A DNA stretch of 64,000 bases from NCBI GenBank assembly GCA_963668355.1, contig OY764265.1:2304001-2368000 (forward strand), written 5' to 3'. The stretch comes from Bdellovibrionota bacterium. Lineage in GTDB: Bacteria; Bdellovibrionota_G; JALEGL01; DATDPG01. Of the stretch, positions 29,846-40,077 are shown one piece after another; positions within the stretch are counted from its first letter, which is position 1, and each line of letters opens with the position of its first letter. The notes under the pieces are model-generated. The model saw only the letters and a list, made by a program, of their open reading frames with translations. It did no database searches and was not told where the DNA came from. The translations under genes were made by a program, and so were the position numbers.

Positions 29846-30970
29846 ATGAGGCACGGTGATTATTTCCCGAATTCTCTCTCTTGGGATGGTTTGAGAGAAA
29901 CTCTTCATACTTTTTCTGTGGCCATGGTGGTGCTCGATCCGAATACGCTTGAAATTTGCGAATGCAATTCCTCAGTCCTGGAATTGTATGAATACGAAAA
30001 AAAGGAACTTCTGGGGATGGACATCACCATCCTTTTTGCTGAAAGAACGCAATTTCTTCAGAAATGTCAATTGGTGGGGGCTTTGGGAAGAGGACAGAAG
30101 TATTCTCATCAACATCTCTCAAAACATGGAGAAGTTCGTGACGTAAACGTCCAATTGATACCTCTTAGGATAGAGGGAGTGGAGTACCTTTGTCTGGTGA
30201 TGCGCGTAAAAGACGATTCTTGTTTCTCCTTGGAGCGACACCAGTTTGAGAAAACACTTTTTTTCGAAGATTTTGTGAGGGAATTGAGGCATGGATTAAA
30301 CAATCAGCTGATGTCTGTTTTAACCCTTTCGGAATTAATGCTTTCAGAAGGAAACGTTTCTTCGGTCCTGCGAGAGGATTTGGAAAATATCCATCGTGCG
30401 GGAGGCGAGATGTCGAAGGTTGTGGAGGCCCTTTCCCTTTTCCCGAGAGATCGTTCCGAAGATATGAGGGTCGTGGATGTGAATCAATGGCTTCTTCAAA
30501 TATTTCCCCAACTTCAAAAGATCTTTGAATCTTGGGGTAGGCTTTCACTGGATTTAGAGGAGAAAAGCGTAGGTCTCTCAGTTCGAATGGATGTCACAAA
30601 ATGTCAGGAAATGTTGTTGGACCTTGTTAAAAACGCTCGAGAGTCCATTTCGGCGGAGGGAAAAGTAATCATTTGTACTCGCTTGTTTTCGAAAGGGATC
30701 GTGCAGATTCAGGTGAGAGATGAGGGCAGGGGAGTTTCAAATGAGGATCAAACACGTGTGTTTGACCCGTTTTTCTCAACCAAGGAAACGGGACGGTTTC
30801 GCGGACTGGGGCTTTTCAAGGCGTGGAAGACGATGTTGGAGCATGGCGGAAGCCTTGGCTTGGAAAGCGAGGAAGGTGTTGGGACGCAGATTTTCGTAAA
30901 TTTCCCGAAAGTGAGTGCTTCGTTGGAAAGGACTCCAAAGAAGGCTTTTAGGAGAAGTCCTTCGCTTTAA
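29846..30970 (+). CDS. PAS-domain histidine kinase
   Basis: PAS (YEKKELLGMDI), HGLNNQL, KNARES, DEGRGV, FDPFFSTK, GLGL. Confidence 0.85.
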   Translation: MRHGDYFPNSLSWDGLRETLHTFSVAMVVLDPNTLEICECNSSVLELYEYEKKELLGMDITILFAERTQFLQKCQLVGALGRGQKYSHQHLSKHGEVRDVNVQLIPLRIEGVEYLCLVMRVKDDSCFSLERHQFEKTLFFEDFVRELRHGLNNQLMSVLTLSELMLSEGNVSSVLREDLENIHRAGGEMSKVVEALSLFPRDRSEDMRVVDVNQWLLQIFPQLQKIFESWGRLSLDLEEKSVGLSVRMDVTKCQEMLLDLVKNARESISAEGKVIICTRLFSKGIVQIQVRDEGRGVSNEDQTRVFDPFFSTKETGRFRGLGLFKAWKTMLEHGGSLGLESEEGVGTQIFVNFPKVSASLERTPKKAFRRSPSL

Positions 30971-31338
30971 GCGTGTTCCTCGAGTGCCTGGTCAACGGCC
31001 CAGCGTAAGTCTTCTGGTTTAAACGGTTTTTGGTAAATGGCGCTAGGTTTCCAGGCCATGACCTCTTTTTGGGTTCGCTCGGCAAAGCCGGACAATACAA
31101 TGACGGGCAAATCCGTCAAACCCAAGGTTTCTCGAATGGTTTTCATCAGTTGCACGCCTGTTTTCTCTGGCATGGCGATGTCTGTGATGCAGACATGAAC
31201 GTCCTCTTTTTTAAGAATCTCGACGGCCTCATCGTGTGAACTGGCATGTTGAAACGTCAGGCCCTTTTTCTTCAAAATGCGTTCGATCATTTTTCTCAGC
31301 GGTTGTTCATCATCTACAATCAAAACAGTCTTGGACAT
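30967..31338 (-). CDS. Single-domain response regulator (CheY-like)
   Basis: IVDDE, ITDIAMP, VLSG and KPF motifs. Confidence 0.9.
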   Translation of the reverse strand: MSKTVLIVDDEQPLRKMIERILKKKGLTFQHASSHDEAVEILKKEDVHVCITDIAMPEKTGVQLMKTIRETLGLTDLPVIVLSGFAERTQKEVMAWKPSAIYQKPFKPEDLRWAVDQALEEHA

Positions 31339-31404
31339 GATTTAAAACTTTAGTCGGAAACCCGAAATCTTTCTAAGAAAAACGAAAGGTAGGTGAAATC
31401 AGCA

Positions 31405-31511
31405 GGTGATTTTTGACCCCGGGGGGTGAGCTTCTACTCGGGCCCATTTTTCAAAAATGAATAAAAACAACCACATAGAAAAACGGCCTCCTTTTTGGGT
31501 CAAAATCAACC
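31405..31511. promoter_or_regulatory. Cluster of GGT-N8-ACC palindromic sites (candidate EBP UAS)
   Basis: GGTGATTTTTGACC 31405, GGTGAGCTTCTACT 31425 (degenerate), GGTCAAAATCAACC 31498. Confidence 0.45.
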
Positions 31512-31545
31512 CCGAACTTTTTTGTGCGAGAAAAAAGGTGTTTAA

Positions 31546-31558
31546 AATCAAATACTTA
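31546..31558 (+). promoter_or_regulatory. IHF consensus site
   Basis: AATCAAATACTTA matches WATCAANNNNTTR, between the palindromes and the sigma54 promoter. Confidence 0.6.
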
Positions 31559-31571
31559 AAAACCAGCTGGC

Positions 31572-31588
31572 TTGGCACGAGAAGTGCT
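31572..31588 (+). promoter_or_regulatory. sigma54 -24/-12 promoter
   Basis: TTGGCACGAGAAGTGCT (GG-N10-GC); the implied leader is very short. Confidence 0.7.
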
Positions 31589-31603
31589 CTATTGGGAGGT
31601 GTC

Positions 31604-32254
31604 ATGAACGTAGAAAAAGTATTCCCAGAAAAAAAACAAGCTGAAATCAATGCATCTTCTTCTCGCTGCGCTCGGGTATATGAGCAGGCTGCCAGATTCC
31701 TGCAGCAATCCATTCCCTTCTCGCTGTCGCCTCAGTCTCATCAGCGAGGCATCGGGCTTTTGACTGAGTATCTGGCTTCCATGTTTGCCGTAAGTCAAGA
31801 TGAAGTGGCTTTCATCGTTTTGGACCCCCAAGGGCAGGACATGTTTTTCATAGCGCCACAATATTTGGCCGAGCTGACGTCAAAGATTCCTTTTAATCCT
31901 AGAGATTCATTAGCGGGCAGAGCTTTGTGTGACAAGCGCGTATTGATCGAAAACCGATCCATTGGAGTCAATCATTTGGCTTATTTTGAACGTGTTCGAC
32001 CTGCACACGGTCCGGCTCGCCGGATCGAAAAGCTTTTGACCTACCCCATCATTGTCGGAAAGTCTCCGGTTGGGGTTGTGCAAATTTCTCGAAAAGAGAG
32101 GGCTTCTCGGATTCCGCGTGAAAACTTTAAGAAAGAGGATTTTGGTATCATCGAACAGGTAAGACGTCCCATTCTCAATATCATGCAAGGCGTACGGTCT
32201 TTGAAAAGAGATGAAGGTACGCCCGAATTCAAAGGCTTGAAGTTAAGAGCTTAA
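31604..32254 (+). CDS. Stand-alone GAF-like domain protein
   Basis: SLAGRAL..LLTYPIIVGKSPVGVVQIS..FKKED GAF pattern; ATG 31604 follows GGAGG. Confidence 0.65.
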   Translation: MNVEKVFPEKKQAEINASSSRCARVYEQAARFLQQSIPFSLSPQSHQRGIGLLTEYLASMFAVSQDEVAFIVLDPQGQDMFFIAPQYLAELTSKIPFNPRDSLAGRALCDKRVLIENRSIGVNHLAYFERVRPAHGPARRIEKLLTYPIIVGKSPVGVVQISRKERASRIPRENFKKEDFGIIEQVRRPILNIMQGVRSLKRDEGTPEFKGLKLRA

Positions 32255-32266
32255 AGAATTCTGACG

Positions 32267-32875
32267 CTACTTCTTCAGTTTTTCCATCAATTTTTTTTCA
32301 CATTCTGGACAGATTCCGTGCGAGAAATTCGCCTCTGAATGGTCAGCAATGTACTCTTCAATGCGAAGCCAGTAATTGTTGTCGTCCCGAATGTTCTTGC
32401 AATAACTGCAAATCGGAAGCAATCCTTGAAGTTTTCGAACCTCCGATAAAGCTTCCTTTAGATCATTCACCTGTTTGGCCAGGGCTCCTTGCAAGTTTAG
32501 AATTCGTTCGCCCACCCGAATTCGTGCGATCAATTCGTTCTTTCGAAACGGTTTCACCAAATAATCATCCACGCCCGCTTCAAAACCTTCGACTATATGT
32601 TCCCCTTCGGTCTTGGCCGTGAGGAGTAACACATACTTATTGTTTCCGTCGGGTTCATTTCGGAGCTGTCGGCAAACATCTACGCCAGTGATTTTAGGCA
32701 TCATCCAATCCATAACAGCCAGTTTGGGTCCGGAAGGTTCTCGAAGCGAGTTCCAAGCTTCTTCACCATCCGAAGCGAGTGTGACCTCAAACCCTTCGCT
32801 TTGCAGGAGCTTTTCCAGCATTCGACGTGTTACGGGGTCATCTTCGGCCACTAAAATACGAGAAGGGTCAGGCAT
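32267..32875 (-). CDS. Response regulator: REC, coiled coil and C-terminal four-Cys (putative Zn) domain
   Basis: [36 protein letters not shown]; start refined to ATG 32875. Confidence 0.88.
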   Translation of the reverse strand: MPDPSRILVAEDDPVTRRMLEKLLQSEGFEVTLASDGEEAWNSLREPSGPKLAVMDWMMPKITGVDVCRQLRNEPDGNNKYVLLLTAKTEGEHIVEGFEAGVDDYLVKPFRKNELIARIRVGERILNLQGALAKQVNDLKEALSEVRKLQGLLPICSYCKNIRDDNNYWLRIEEYIADHSEANFSHGICPECEKKLMEKLKK

Positions 32876-35690
32876 GGGTGATCTCCTGTAGGGCGAGTTT
32901 GAATTCTTCCAGTTCCTTCGCAAAAGCCTCAAAGGTTGGGGGCCCCTCATCCCAATTTTCATCTCGACCAATTTGTTCGAGTTGTTTTGCGAGTGATACC
33001 ACAGATTGGGCTCCAAAATTGGATACCGAGCCTTTGAAACGATGGGAGTTAGCCGCAAGGTCACTCCCATTCTTGTTTTCAACGGCCTTTTGAATTTTCA
33101 AGGCTTCTTCGTCGCATATTTCAAGAAAAATACCGGCGATTTCCTTTAATCCTTCCAAATCCCCTCCAAAGCGATCCAATAATTCATTTTGATTGATCTC
33201 GGAATTCTTGGGAAGTTCTTGTTGAACGGTCAAAGGGGAATTCTCTTCTTTAAAAAACATCACGCGATCAATGGTTTTGAGTAACTCCTCTGGCCGAAGA
33301 GGTTTAGAGATATAGTCATCCATTCCCGCATCCAAGCACATTTGTCGATCTCTTTTCATGGCATGTGCGGTCATGGCAACAATGGGTGTGTGTGTTCCTT
33401 CAATGCTTTCCTTTTTTCGAATCTCTCGAGTGGCGGACAAGCCGTCCAGAACAGGCATTTGAACATCCATCAAGATGAGATCGAAAGATGCGCGTTCCAA
33501 AATGCCGAGGGCTTCTTTCCCATTTTCAGCGATCGTAACATGATGCCCCAGGCTTTTGAGATGCTTTCCTATGACAAGTTGATTGACCGGGTGATCTTCA
33601 ACGGCCAAAACCGTCAAAGGCTTGGCTTGTGGTTGGGGAGAGGACTTATGAACGACAGGAGGGAGTTCGAGTTGTGGAGAATTGATTTCAAAAGCGCGGG
33701 CAATGTGCGCAAGAATTTCCTGAGAGGTCGCGGGGAAAAACATACATCCGGATAGGTGCATTTTTAACCAAGGGTCTATCGCTTCATTCATATAATTTAG
33801 ATGTTTGGGATACTTGAGTTTTGTCGTTGTGAGAAGAAGTCGCGATTTTCTCAATTCGGGATCGCTTCGAATCCAGGCAATCAAATCCGTTCCTTTTGAG
33901 TTCAAAAATTCAGGCGTCAAAACGATGAGAGGGATTGTGTTATGTGGCTCTCTCAATGCTTTTTGAGCTTGGGTTAAATCATTGAATGTTTGAACGTTCA
34001 TTTTCCAGAGTTTGAAGTGGTCGAAAAGGACTTTCTGATGTGGGCTTTCAGGGCCCATTAAAATGGTGGGAAGATCGACCAAGGCTTGTCGGATGACGTT
34101 CGTTTGAGAGTCCTGCTGACTCTGGGCAATGGGTAGCGTTAGAGCGAAAGAAAAACGACTTCCTTTTCCCAATTCGGATTCAAGCGAGATCTTTCCCCCC
34201 ATGAGATCAACCAATCGAGAAACAATCGCAAGTCCAAGGCCCGTTCCCCCATATTTGCGTGTCATGGATCCATCGGCTTGACGAAAAGCATCAAATACGA
34301 ATTGATGTTGATCTGCTGGAATACCGATTCCTGTGTCTGAGACTTCAAAGCCCATCTCAACTGTGTTGTCCGTTTGGTTGAGGCGTTTGGCCCGAAGAGC
34401 AACCTCACCGGCCTCCGTGAACTTTACGGAATTTCCAGCAAGATTTGAGAAAATTTGTCGCAAACGCATTTCATCTCCCAACAATCGTCTGGGAATGTTG
34501 GGATCGACGTCAACGATGATTTCAACCGATTTTCCTTCAACTTGGGTGGTCATGATTTTTCCTACATGTACCAAAAGCGTTTCAAGCTCGAAGCTTCGGG
34601 TCTCAAGGGTTAGTTTATTGGCATCCACTTTTGAGAAATCCAGGACATCATTGACGAGGCTCAATAGAGCTTCCGTGGAGCGTTGAACTTCGGAAAGGTA
34701 TCCTCGTTGCTCCTGCGAGAGGTCTGTCTCGAGTGCAAAATGAGTCATGCCAATGATCCCATTCATGGGGGTCCGAATTTCATGGCTCATATTCGCCAAA
34801 AATTGGCTCTTCAATTGAGCCACTTCCTCTGCTCTTTCCTTTTCTTTCTTTAGTTTTTCATTGGTTTTTACGAGTTCGTGGGTTCGTTTTTCAACCTCCC
34901 GTTCAAGGTTCGCCTTGTGGCTTTGAAGCTGATGGTCTCTTTCTTGGATTCCATCGAGCATTTCATTAAAACCATTGACCAAGATTCCGAGTTCATCTTC
35001 AGAGGTTTGTTCTGCACGAATGCTAAAATCCCTCTTCTGAGAGACGTCTTTGGTTGTATTCACGAGGTGATGAACCGGTTCAATGGCATGTGTTCGTAAC
35101 CGCCGCGTGGCTCTGAAAACAATTAAGAGGGTGAGAGATACAGTGACGAAAGAAATGGCGATATACTCCCACATTCGCTCATAGAGCATGGACCGATCTG
35201 CGACGAGAACGAGACGCCCCTCAGGTTCGTTCTTGATGGATATGGGCTGAACATGAACAACCTTACGATTCTTGATTTCAATGGTTTTGAAGAAAATGGA
35301 TGCATCGAAATGAGCATTGTCAAAGGTTGCTCTACGGTACAATGCAAATAGTCGATTTTTGGAATCATAGATGCTTGCTTGAAGAATATAGGCGTCTTGA
35401 TGCATGGATCGAAGAAGGTCCTTCGCAGTAGCCCGGTCATCGAAAGTTAATGCGGCGGTGCTTTGATCCGCAACCACTTTCGATAAAATGGATAATTCCG
35501 ACATGAACTGTTTTTTCATTCGGTGGTAATCCAAGAAGACAAACAAAGTCGTGGAAAGAAAAACGGTACACGAACAAATGAAGAGAATGATGGAAGAGAT
35601 TTTTGTGGAAAGAGACCGACGAATTTTCTTTCGAAAAAATTCGAGAAAGCCGATATTTTTTAACCAATCATGTTGATTCATTGATGCCAT
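32868..35690 (-). CDS. Membrane hybrid histidine kinase (CHASE8-like sensor, HAMP, HisKA, HATPase, degenerate REC, REC, Hpt)
   Basis: Two TMs, [49 protein letters not shown]. Confidence 0.92.
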   Translation of the reverse strand: MASMNQHDWLKNIGFLEFFRKKIRRSLSTKISSIILFICSCTVFLSTTLFVFLDYHRMKKQFMSELSILSKVVADQSTAALTFDDRATAKDLLRSMHQDAYILQASIYDSKNRLFALYRRATFDNAHFDASIFFKTIEIKNRKVVHVQPISIKNEPEGRLVLVADRSMLYERMWEYIAISFVTVSLTLLIVFRATRRLRTHAIEPVHHLVNTTKDVSQKRDFSIRAEQTSEDELGILVNGFNEMLDGIQERDHQLQSHKANLEREVEKRTHELVKTNEKLKKEKERAEEVAQLKSQFLANMSHEIRTPMNGIIGMTHFALETDLSQEQRGYLSEVQRSTEALLSLVNDVLDFSKVDANKLTLETRSFELETLLVHVGKIMTTQVEGKSVEIIVDVDPNIPRRLLGDEMRLRQIFSNLAGNSVKFTEAGEVALRAKRLNQTDNTVEMGFEVSDTGIGIPADQHQFVFDAFRQADGSMTRKYGGTGLGLAIVSRLVDLMGGKISLESELGKGSRFSFALTLPIAQSQQDSQTNVIRQALVDLPTILMGPESPHQKVLFDHFKLWKMNVQTFNDLTQAQKALREPHNTIPLIVLTPEFLNSKGTDLIAWIRSDPELRKSRLLLTTTKLKYPKHLNYMNEAIDPWLKMHLSGCMFFPATSQEILAHIARAFEINSPQLELPPVVHKSSPQPQAKPLTVLAVEDHPVNQLVIGKHLKSLGHHVTIAENGKEALGILERASFDLILMDVQMPVLDGLSATREIRKKESIEGTHTPIVAMTAHAMKRDRQMCLDAGMDDYISKPLRPEELLKTIDRVMFFKEENSPLTVQQELPKNSEINQNELLDRFGGDLEGLKEIAGIFLEICDEEALKIQKAVENKNGSDLAANSHRFKGSVSNFGAQSVVSLAKQLEQIGRDENWDEGPPTFEAFAKELEEFKLALQEITHA

Positions 35691-35750
35691 TTTTTTTGAT
35701 GCGTGAAATCCATATCAAAACGATGGATTCATCTCTATTTTCACGGCATC

Positions 35751-37355
35751 CTAATTTTCGTCGTTGTGAAGCGTTTTGTAAACAAGATCGAGGAGGTCGC
35801 TGGCCGCGAAGGGTTTTTGGATGAATGGCCAGTTGTTCTCCAGAAGGCCTCGCTTTTTAATCATATCTTGAGAATATCCAGACATGTGAATGACCCGGGT
35901 TCGAGGACGGTGAATGAGGAGTTCCTTGCTCAGGATTTTTCCGTTCATATTGGGCATGATCAGATCGGTTAGAGCCAGGTCAATCTCTCCTTCATGTTCT
36001 TGGCAAATTTTTAAGGCTTCCAGGGGTTGGCGTGCGCCCAAAGATTTATAACCGTTTTCATCCAATATGCGACAAATGACGCGAAGAAAGACCGGGTCAT
36101 CCTCTACCACGAGAACCGTTTCCTTTTTTCCTTGAAGAGGCGTGGAGGTTTGCTCAATGCTTTTTTGAATTTCATCCAGTTTCGCGACGGGGAAATAAAT
36201 TTTCACGGTGGTCCCAATATTGGGTTCCGAATATAGCCAGATATAGCCACGAGATTGTTTGACAATGCCATAGACGATGGCAAGACCTAACCCCGTTCCG
36301 TTGTCTTTGGATTTCGTTGTGAAAAATGGCTCAAGACTTCTTTCCAAAATATCCGGTTCCATCCCACAACCGGTGTCTGTGACGCCAACGTATACGTAGG
36401 AACCCGGTTTCATTGGCTCTTTGTACATCGTATAGGCATGATCAAAATGAACATTGGCGGTTTCAATATTGATTCTTCCGCCGTGAGGCATGGCGTCCCG
36501 AGCGTTTACGATTAGATTCAGAAGAACTTGGTCGAGGTAGCCTGCGTCGAGTTCAATGGGGGCTAAGTTCTCTTCCAAGCGCATATCGAGTTTGACTTCG
36601 GCCCCAATCGTTCTGCGAAAGAACTTTTCCAAGCTTCCAATTTGTTCATTGAGATTGATGACTTCCGGCTGTACGGGGTCTTTTCGACTGAAAAGAAGCA
36701 AACGTCGAGTCAGTCCGACGGCACGCTTGGCGGAGGTTATGATCTCGTTGACGTCCTGGGCTTCTTGAGAATCTTCCTCCAAACTCTGCGTTAGAAAGCT
36801 CGCGTAGTTGAGAATGACCGAGAGGATATTATTGAAGTCATGCGCAACGCCCCCGGCCAACTGGCCAATAGCATCCATTTTTTGAGCCTGGCGCAATTGC
36901 TTTTGGAGTGTGGCTTGTTCTTCCATATCTTTGAAAATCGCGGCAAACACTCTTCCGGAAGAATGTTTTGAAGAGCCGATGGAAATTTGCAAAGGAAAGG
37001 AGGTTCCGCATCTTCGTTTTCCAGGGTATTCCTGCGTGAGATCCAAGGCGTTCGAATTTTCATAGTCTCTGAGTATGGCTTGGGAAAAGCTCGCCCCTTC
37101 TTGAGAAAAATCTTCTTCCACCAAAATATCCAGAGGCTTTCCGATGACTTCACTGGCGTCGTATCCGAAAATCCGCTCCGCGCTGGGGCTGAACCAAAGG
37201 ATTTCTCCTTTTTCATTGAACGTGACAATCCCATCAATGCTGGCTTCTTGAATGGCCTTCCATTGAGATTCGGTGATTTCCGATTGAGCTAAATGCTCTT
37301 TGGGTTCTGGGTGTTCGATCTTGAGAGAATATACGTTTGGTTGGAGTTTTGACAT
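35751..37355 (-). CDS. PAS hybrid histidine kinase (PAS-HisKA-HATPase-REC)
   Basis: AERIFGY PAS, QAQKMDAIGQLAGGVAHDFNN, GTGLGL, LTDLIMP. Confidence 0.93.
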   Translation of the reverse strand: MSKLQPNVYSLKIEHPEPKEHLAQSEITESQWKAIQEASIDGIVTFNEKGEILWFSPSAERIFGYDASEVIGKPLDILVEEDFSQEGASFSQAILRDYENSNALDLTQEYPGKRRCGTSFPLQISIGSSKHSSGRVFAAIFKDMEEQATLQKQLRQAQKMDAIGQLAGGVAHDFNNILSVILNYASFLTQSLEEDSQEAQDVNEIITSAKRAVGLTRRLLLFSRKDPVQPEVINLNEQIGSLEKFFRRTIGAEVKLDMRLEENLAPIELDAGYLDQVLLNLIVNARDAMPHGGRINIETANVHFDHAYTMYKEPMKPGSYVYVGVTDTGCGMEPDILERSLEPFFTTKSKDNGTGLGLAIVYGIVKQSRGYIWLYSEPNIGTTVKIYFPVAKLDEIQKSIEQTSTPLQGKKETVLVVEDDPVFLRVICRILDENGYKSLGARQPLEALKICQEHEGEIDLALTDLIMPNMNGKILSKELLIHRPRTRVIHMSGYSQDMIKKRGLLENNWPFIQKPFAASDLLDLVYKTLHNDEN

Positions 37356-37384
37356 TTGGCACTGACCTTCCCAAGGAGAGGAGG

Positions 37385-37401
37385 AGCAAGCCCTGTGCCA
37401 A
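37385..37401 (-). promoter_or_regulatory. sigma54 -24/-12 promoter of the kinase operon
   Basis: Minus strand TTGGCACAGGGCTTGCT, near-perfect consensus. Confidence 0.85.
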
Positions 37402-37435
37402 GGCTCTCTTGAGGAAGTTCAAAAAAATATATAAA

Positions 37436-37588
37436 TAACAATAGGTTAGCTTGTTTTTCTTTTCGGAAGGAAGGTCGTTTTTACCCTGCCGGGGTTAAAT
37501 TTGACCTGGGCGAATTCAGTGGCCATGAGCGTAGAGACGAGAGAAGTTGCGAAGGGGAAGGGGTTTGGAGAGAGGGTTTTTTTTGACC
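37436..37588. promoter_or_regulatory. IHF-like box plus GGT-N7/8-ACC palindromes
   Basis: TAACAATAGGTTA 37436; GGTCGTTTTTACC 37473, GGTTAAATTTGACC 37493, GGTTTTTTTTGACC 37575. Confidence 0.45.
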
Positions 37589-37644
37589 CATGTTAAACTC
37601 TCCTTAACTTGAGTTTAAGAAAGTTGAAATGTACGATACCTAAA

Positions 37645-39102
37645 ATGGCTAGCAGTTTAAAGGACTTAGAGTCGGAGAACTCCTCTTCCTCCTCCACTGA
37701 ATCTCCTGTGGGTACGGTCGTCTTGGTGGATGATGAACGCCCTCTTTTGAAATCCATTGATCGGATTTTGAAAAACGCCGGGTGGCGCGTTATTGCCAAA
37801 GACGATCCTTTGCATGTTCTACCTCTATTGGAGAATCCGGATATCGATCTCGTTTTGACAGATGTTCGAATGCCCGGGATGACGGGGGTTGAATTGTGTC
37901 GACAGGTGAAGGAAAAAAGACCCGATATCGAAGTCGTCGTGATGACGGCTGTGGGCTCTATCGACATCGCTGTGGAAGCCATGAAGGCGGGTGCTTATGA
38001 ATTTTTGACCAAGCCCTTTGAATGCTCGGATGTCGTCACTGTGGCCTTGCTCAATGCTCTAGAAAGAAAACGTTTAACCAATCGGAACCGATTTCTCGAA
38101 ACACAACTCGATGTAAATAATCGCTTTGAGAACATCATTGGTTCCAGCGCTCGGATGAAGAAGGTTTTTCGTTTAATTGAAAGTGTAGCCAACTCGGATA
38201 CCAGTGTTTTGATTCAAGGTGAAAGCGGAACCGGAAAAGAACTTGCGGCGCGTGCTATTCATGAAAGAAGTGAGCGGCAAAAACGTCCTTTCTTGGCTGT
38301 GAATTGCTCGGCCTTCACGGAGACGCTATTGGAGAGTGAGCTGTTCGGTCATATGAGGGGAGCCTTCACGGGAGCTACGAATTTTCGAAAAGGTTTGTTC
38401 GAAGAAGCCAATGGGGGCACACTTTTCTTGGACGAAATCGGAGAAATGGTTCCTTCCCTTCAATCCAAAGTGCTTCGGGCGATTCAGGAGGGGGAGATCA
38501 AACCGGTTGGCTCAAATGAAATTCGAAAAGTGGATGTGAGAATCATTGCGGCTACGAATATGGATTTGCCCTCTGCAGTCAAAAGTGGGACGTTCCGAGA
38601 AGATCTCTACTATCGCATAGACGTGGTTCGGATTGACCTTCCTCCTCTGAGGGATCGGGAAGATGATATTCCCATGTTGATTCAGCACTTTTTTCGGAAG
38701 CATGCGAAGCGAATGAAGAAAAATGTCACGGGGATTGAATCCTCAGCACAGTCTTTGTTGCGATCTTACCGGTGGCCGGGAAATGTTCGACAATTGGAAA
38801 ACGTGATTGAACGTGCTGTGGTGTTGACCGGATCTGAAAAAATACAACCTGAGGACCTTCCTGAGAGTATCTCCAGCCTTTCTTTCCCCAATAGCTCAGA
38901 GCAAAAAACGTATGACATGCCTTTTTCTTCCGCTAAGAAACTTGTGGTGGCGGGATTTGAAAAAAAATATGTCGAGGATGCGCTCTCTCGTTCCGGAGGT
39001 GTGATTGCCGAAGCCGCTCGATTGGCTGGATTGGATCGAAGCAATTTTCGTCGATTGATGAATCGCTACGAAGTGGATGCCCAAGATTTTCGAATTGACT
39101 GA
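37645..39102 (+). CDS. NtrC/AtoC-family sigma54-dependent response regulator
   Basis: REC, GESGTGKE, GAFTGA, FLDEIGE, WPGNVRQL, HTH AARLAGLDRSNFRRL. Confidence 0.95.
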   Translation: MASSLKDLESENSSSSSTESPVGTVVLVDDERPLLKSIDRILKNAGWRVIAKDDPLHVLPLLENPDIDLVLTDVRMPGMTGVELCRQVKEKRPDIEVVVMTAVGSIDIAVEAMKAGAYEFLTKPFECSDVVTVALLNALERKRLTNRNRFLETQLDVNNRFENIIGSSARMKKVFRLIESVANSDTSVLIQGESGTGKELAARAIHERSERQKRPFLAVNCSAFTETLLESELFGHMRGAFTGATNFRKGLFEEANGGTLFLDEIGEMVPSLQSKVLRAIQEGEIKPVGSNEIRKVDVRIIAATNMDLPSAVKSGTFREDLYYRIDVVRIDLPPLRDREDDIPMLIQHFFRKHAKRMKKNVTGIESSAQSLLRSYRWPGNVRQLENVIERAVVLTGSEKIQPEDLPESISSLSFPNSSEQKTYDMPFSSAKKLVVAGFEKKYVEDALSRSGGVIAEAARLAGLDRSNFRRLMNRYEVDAQDFRID

Positions 39103-39108
39103 TCTTTC

Positions 39109-39741
39109 TTAGAGTTCGTTCCCATAGATTTCGAAAAAATGACTGATGTCGACGTCTCCCAACGTGAGTTTTTCTTTCTCATGTCCTCTTGGATACAGTT
39201 GAGCCGTCATGATGCTGGCTTCATCCGTACTATGATCTGGGCCAAACAACATATGTCCGGCTTCGTGGAGAACCACGGACCGGATGGAATAGACATCTCC
39301 GGTTTCAGGTCGTCCTCGCACGTAATTGGAATCAAACTCGAACAGATAGATGTCGGCATCTCGAATGGCTGTGGCGCCTTTTAAGAAAGTTCGAGCGAGG
39401 GGACCCGTTCCAGCTCGAGCGGGAGGGGCATTCGGAGCGTCAATGTTTCCAATTTGATTTGTGGCGAGTACGACATTTTCATCCCAGGTATAGGCAGGGT
39501 CCAATTGGTCTTCTTGTAGATCCTTGAAACCATCAAACACAAAGACTTGGGTTTGAGTCGCAGTATTCCACTCCTCAAAGGCCGCCTTAATTTCTTCGTG
39601 GTACTCGGAAGGGATGGAAGAAGAGATTTTATAATGAATGGGAAGGCGATCAAAGCGGAGAGCTGAATCGCCTTCCACATTCAACGGTGCAAATCCACAC
39701 CCGCCCAACGTCAACAACAACAACAACACAGCAACTACCAT
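39109..39741 (-). CDS. Matrixin-like (M10) zinc metallopeptidase lipoprotein
   Basis: Lipobox LGGC; HEAGHMLFGPDH; Met-turn SIM. Confidence 0.75.
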   Translation of the reverse strand: MVVAVLLLLLTLGGCGFAPLNVEGDSALRFDRLPIHYKISSSIPSEYHEEIKAAFEEWNTATQTQVFVFDGFKDLQEDQLDPAYTWDENVVLATNQIGNIDAPNAPPARAGTGPLARTFLKGATAIRDADIYLFEFDSNYVRGRPETGDVYSIRSVVLHEAGHMLFGPDHSTDEASIMTAQLYPRGHEKEKLTLGDVDISHFFEIYGNEL

Positions 39742-39755
39742 GCTCCTTTACATTC

Positions 39756-39771
39756 ACAAGTTTCGTACCAA
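39756..39771 (-). promoter_or_regulatory. Variant sigma54 promoter candidate
   Basis: Minus strand TTGGTACGAAACTTGT (GG-N10-GT); GGT-N7-ACC-like pair at 39920 and 39939 upstream. Confidence 0.35.
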
Positions 39772-40077
39772 AGAGCGTCGAAACCGCGAGACGGCTAAGC
39801 CCCTTTTTTTATTTAGGAAATTTTTCCAACACCAGGGACCCAGCAAGTCTTCAATAAATACTGAGGTGCTTTTGACTTAAAACCCGACTTCAACTCCGAT
39901 AAGAACGCTTTTAGGAAGGGGTGAAAAAGACCGGACGGCGTGAGAATGACCCCCCTTCTACGTATACGAAGGGGCAGGGAAGATTATGTGACGAAACCTA
40001 CTCTAGGTAAAGGTTTGCCATCCCTACAGTGATGTAGAGTGTTTCAAGCGTGAAACTTTCGGGAAAGGGCTCGGAGA

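Noticed and set aside
39712..39726. (CAA)5 microsatellite
   Set aside because: Encodes the poly-Leu signal peptide core; in-frame and short
39985..40020. c-di-GMP-I riboswitch (GGCAAACC on the minus strand)
   Set aside because: No GAAA tetraloop and no GACGCAAAG segment follow
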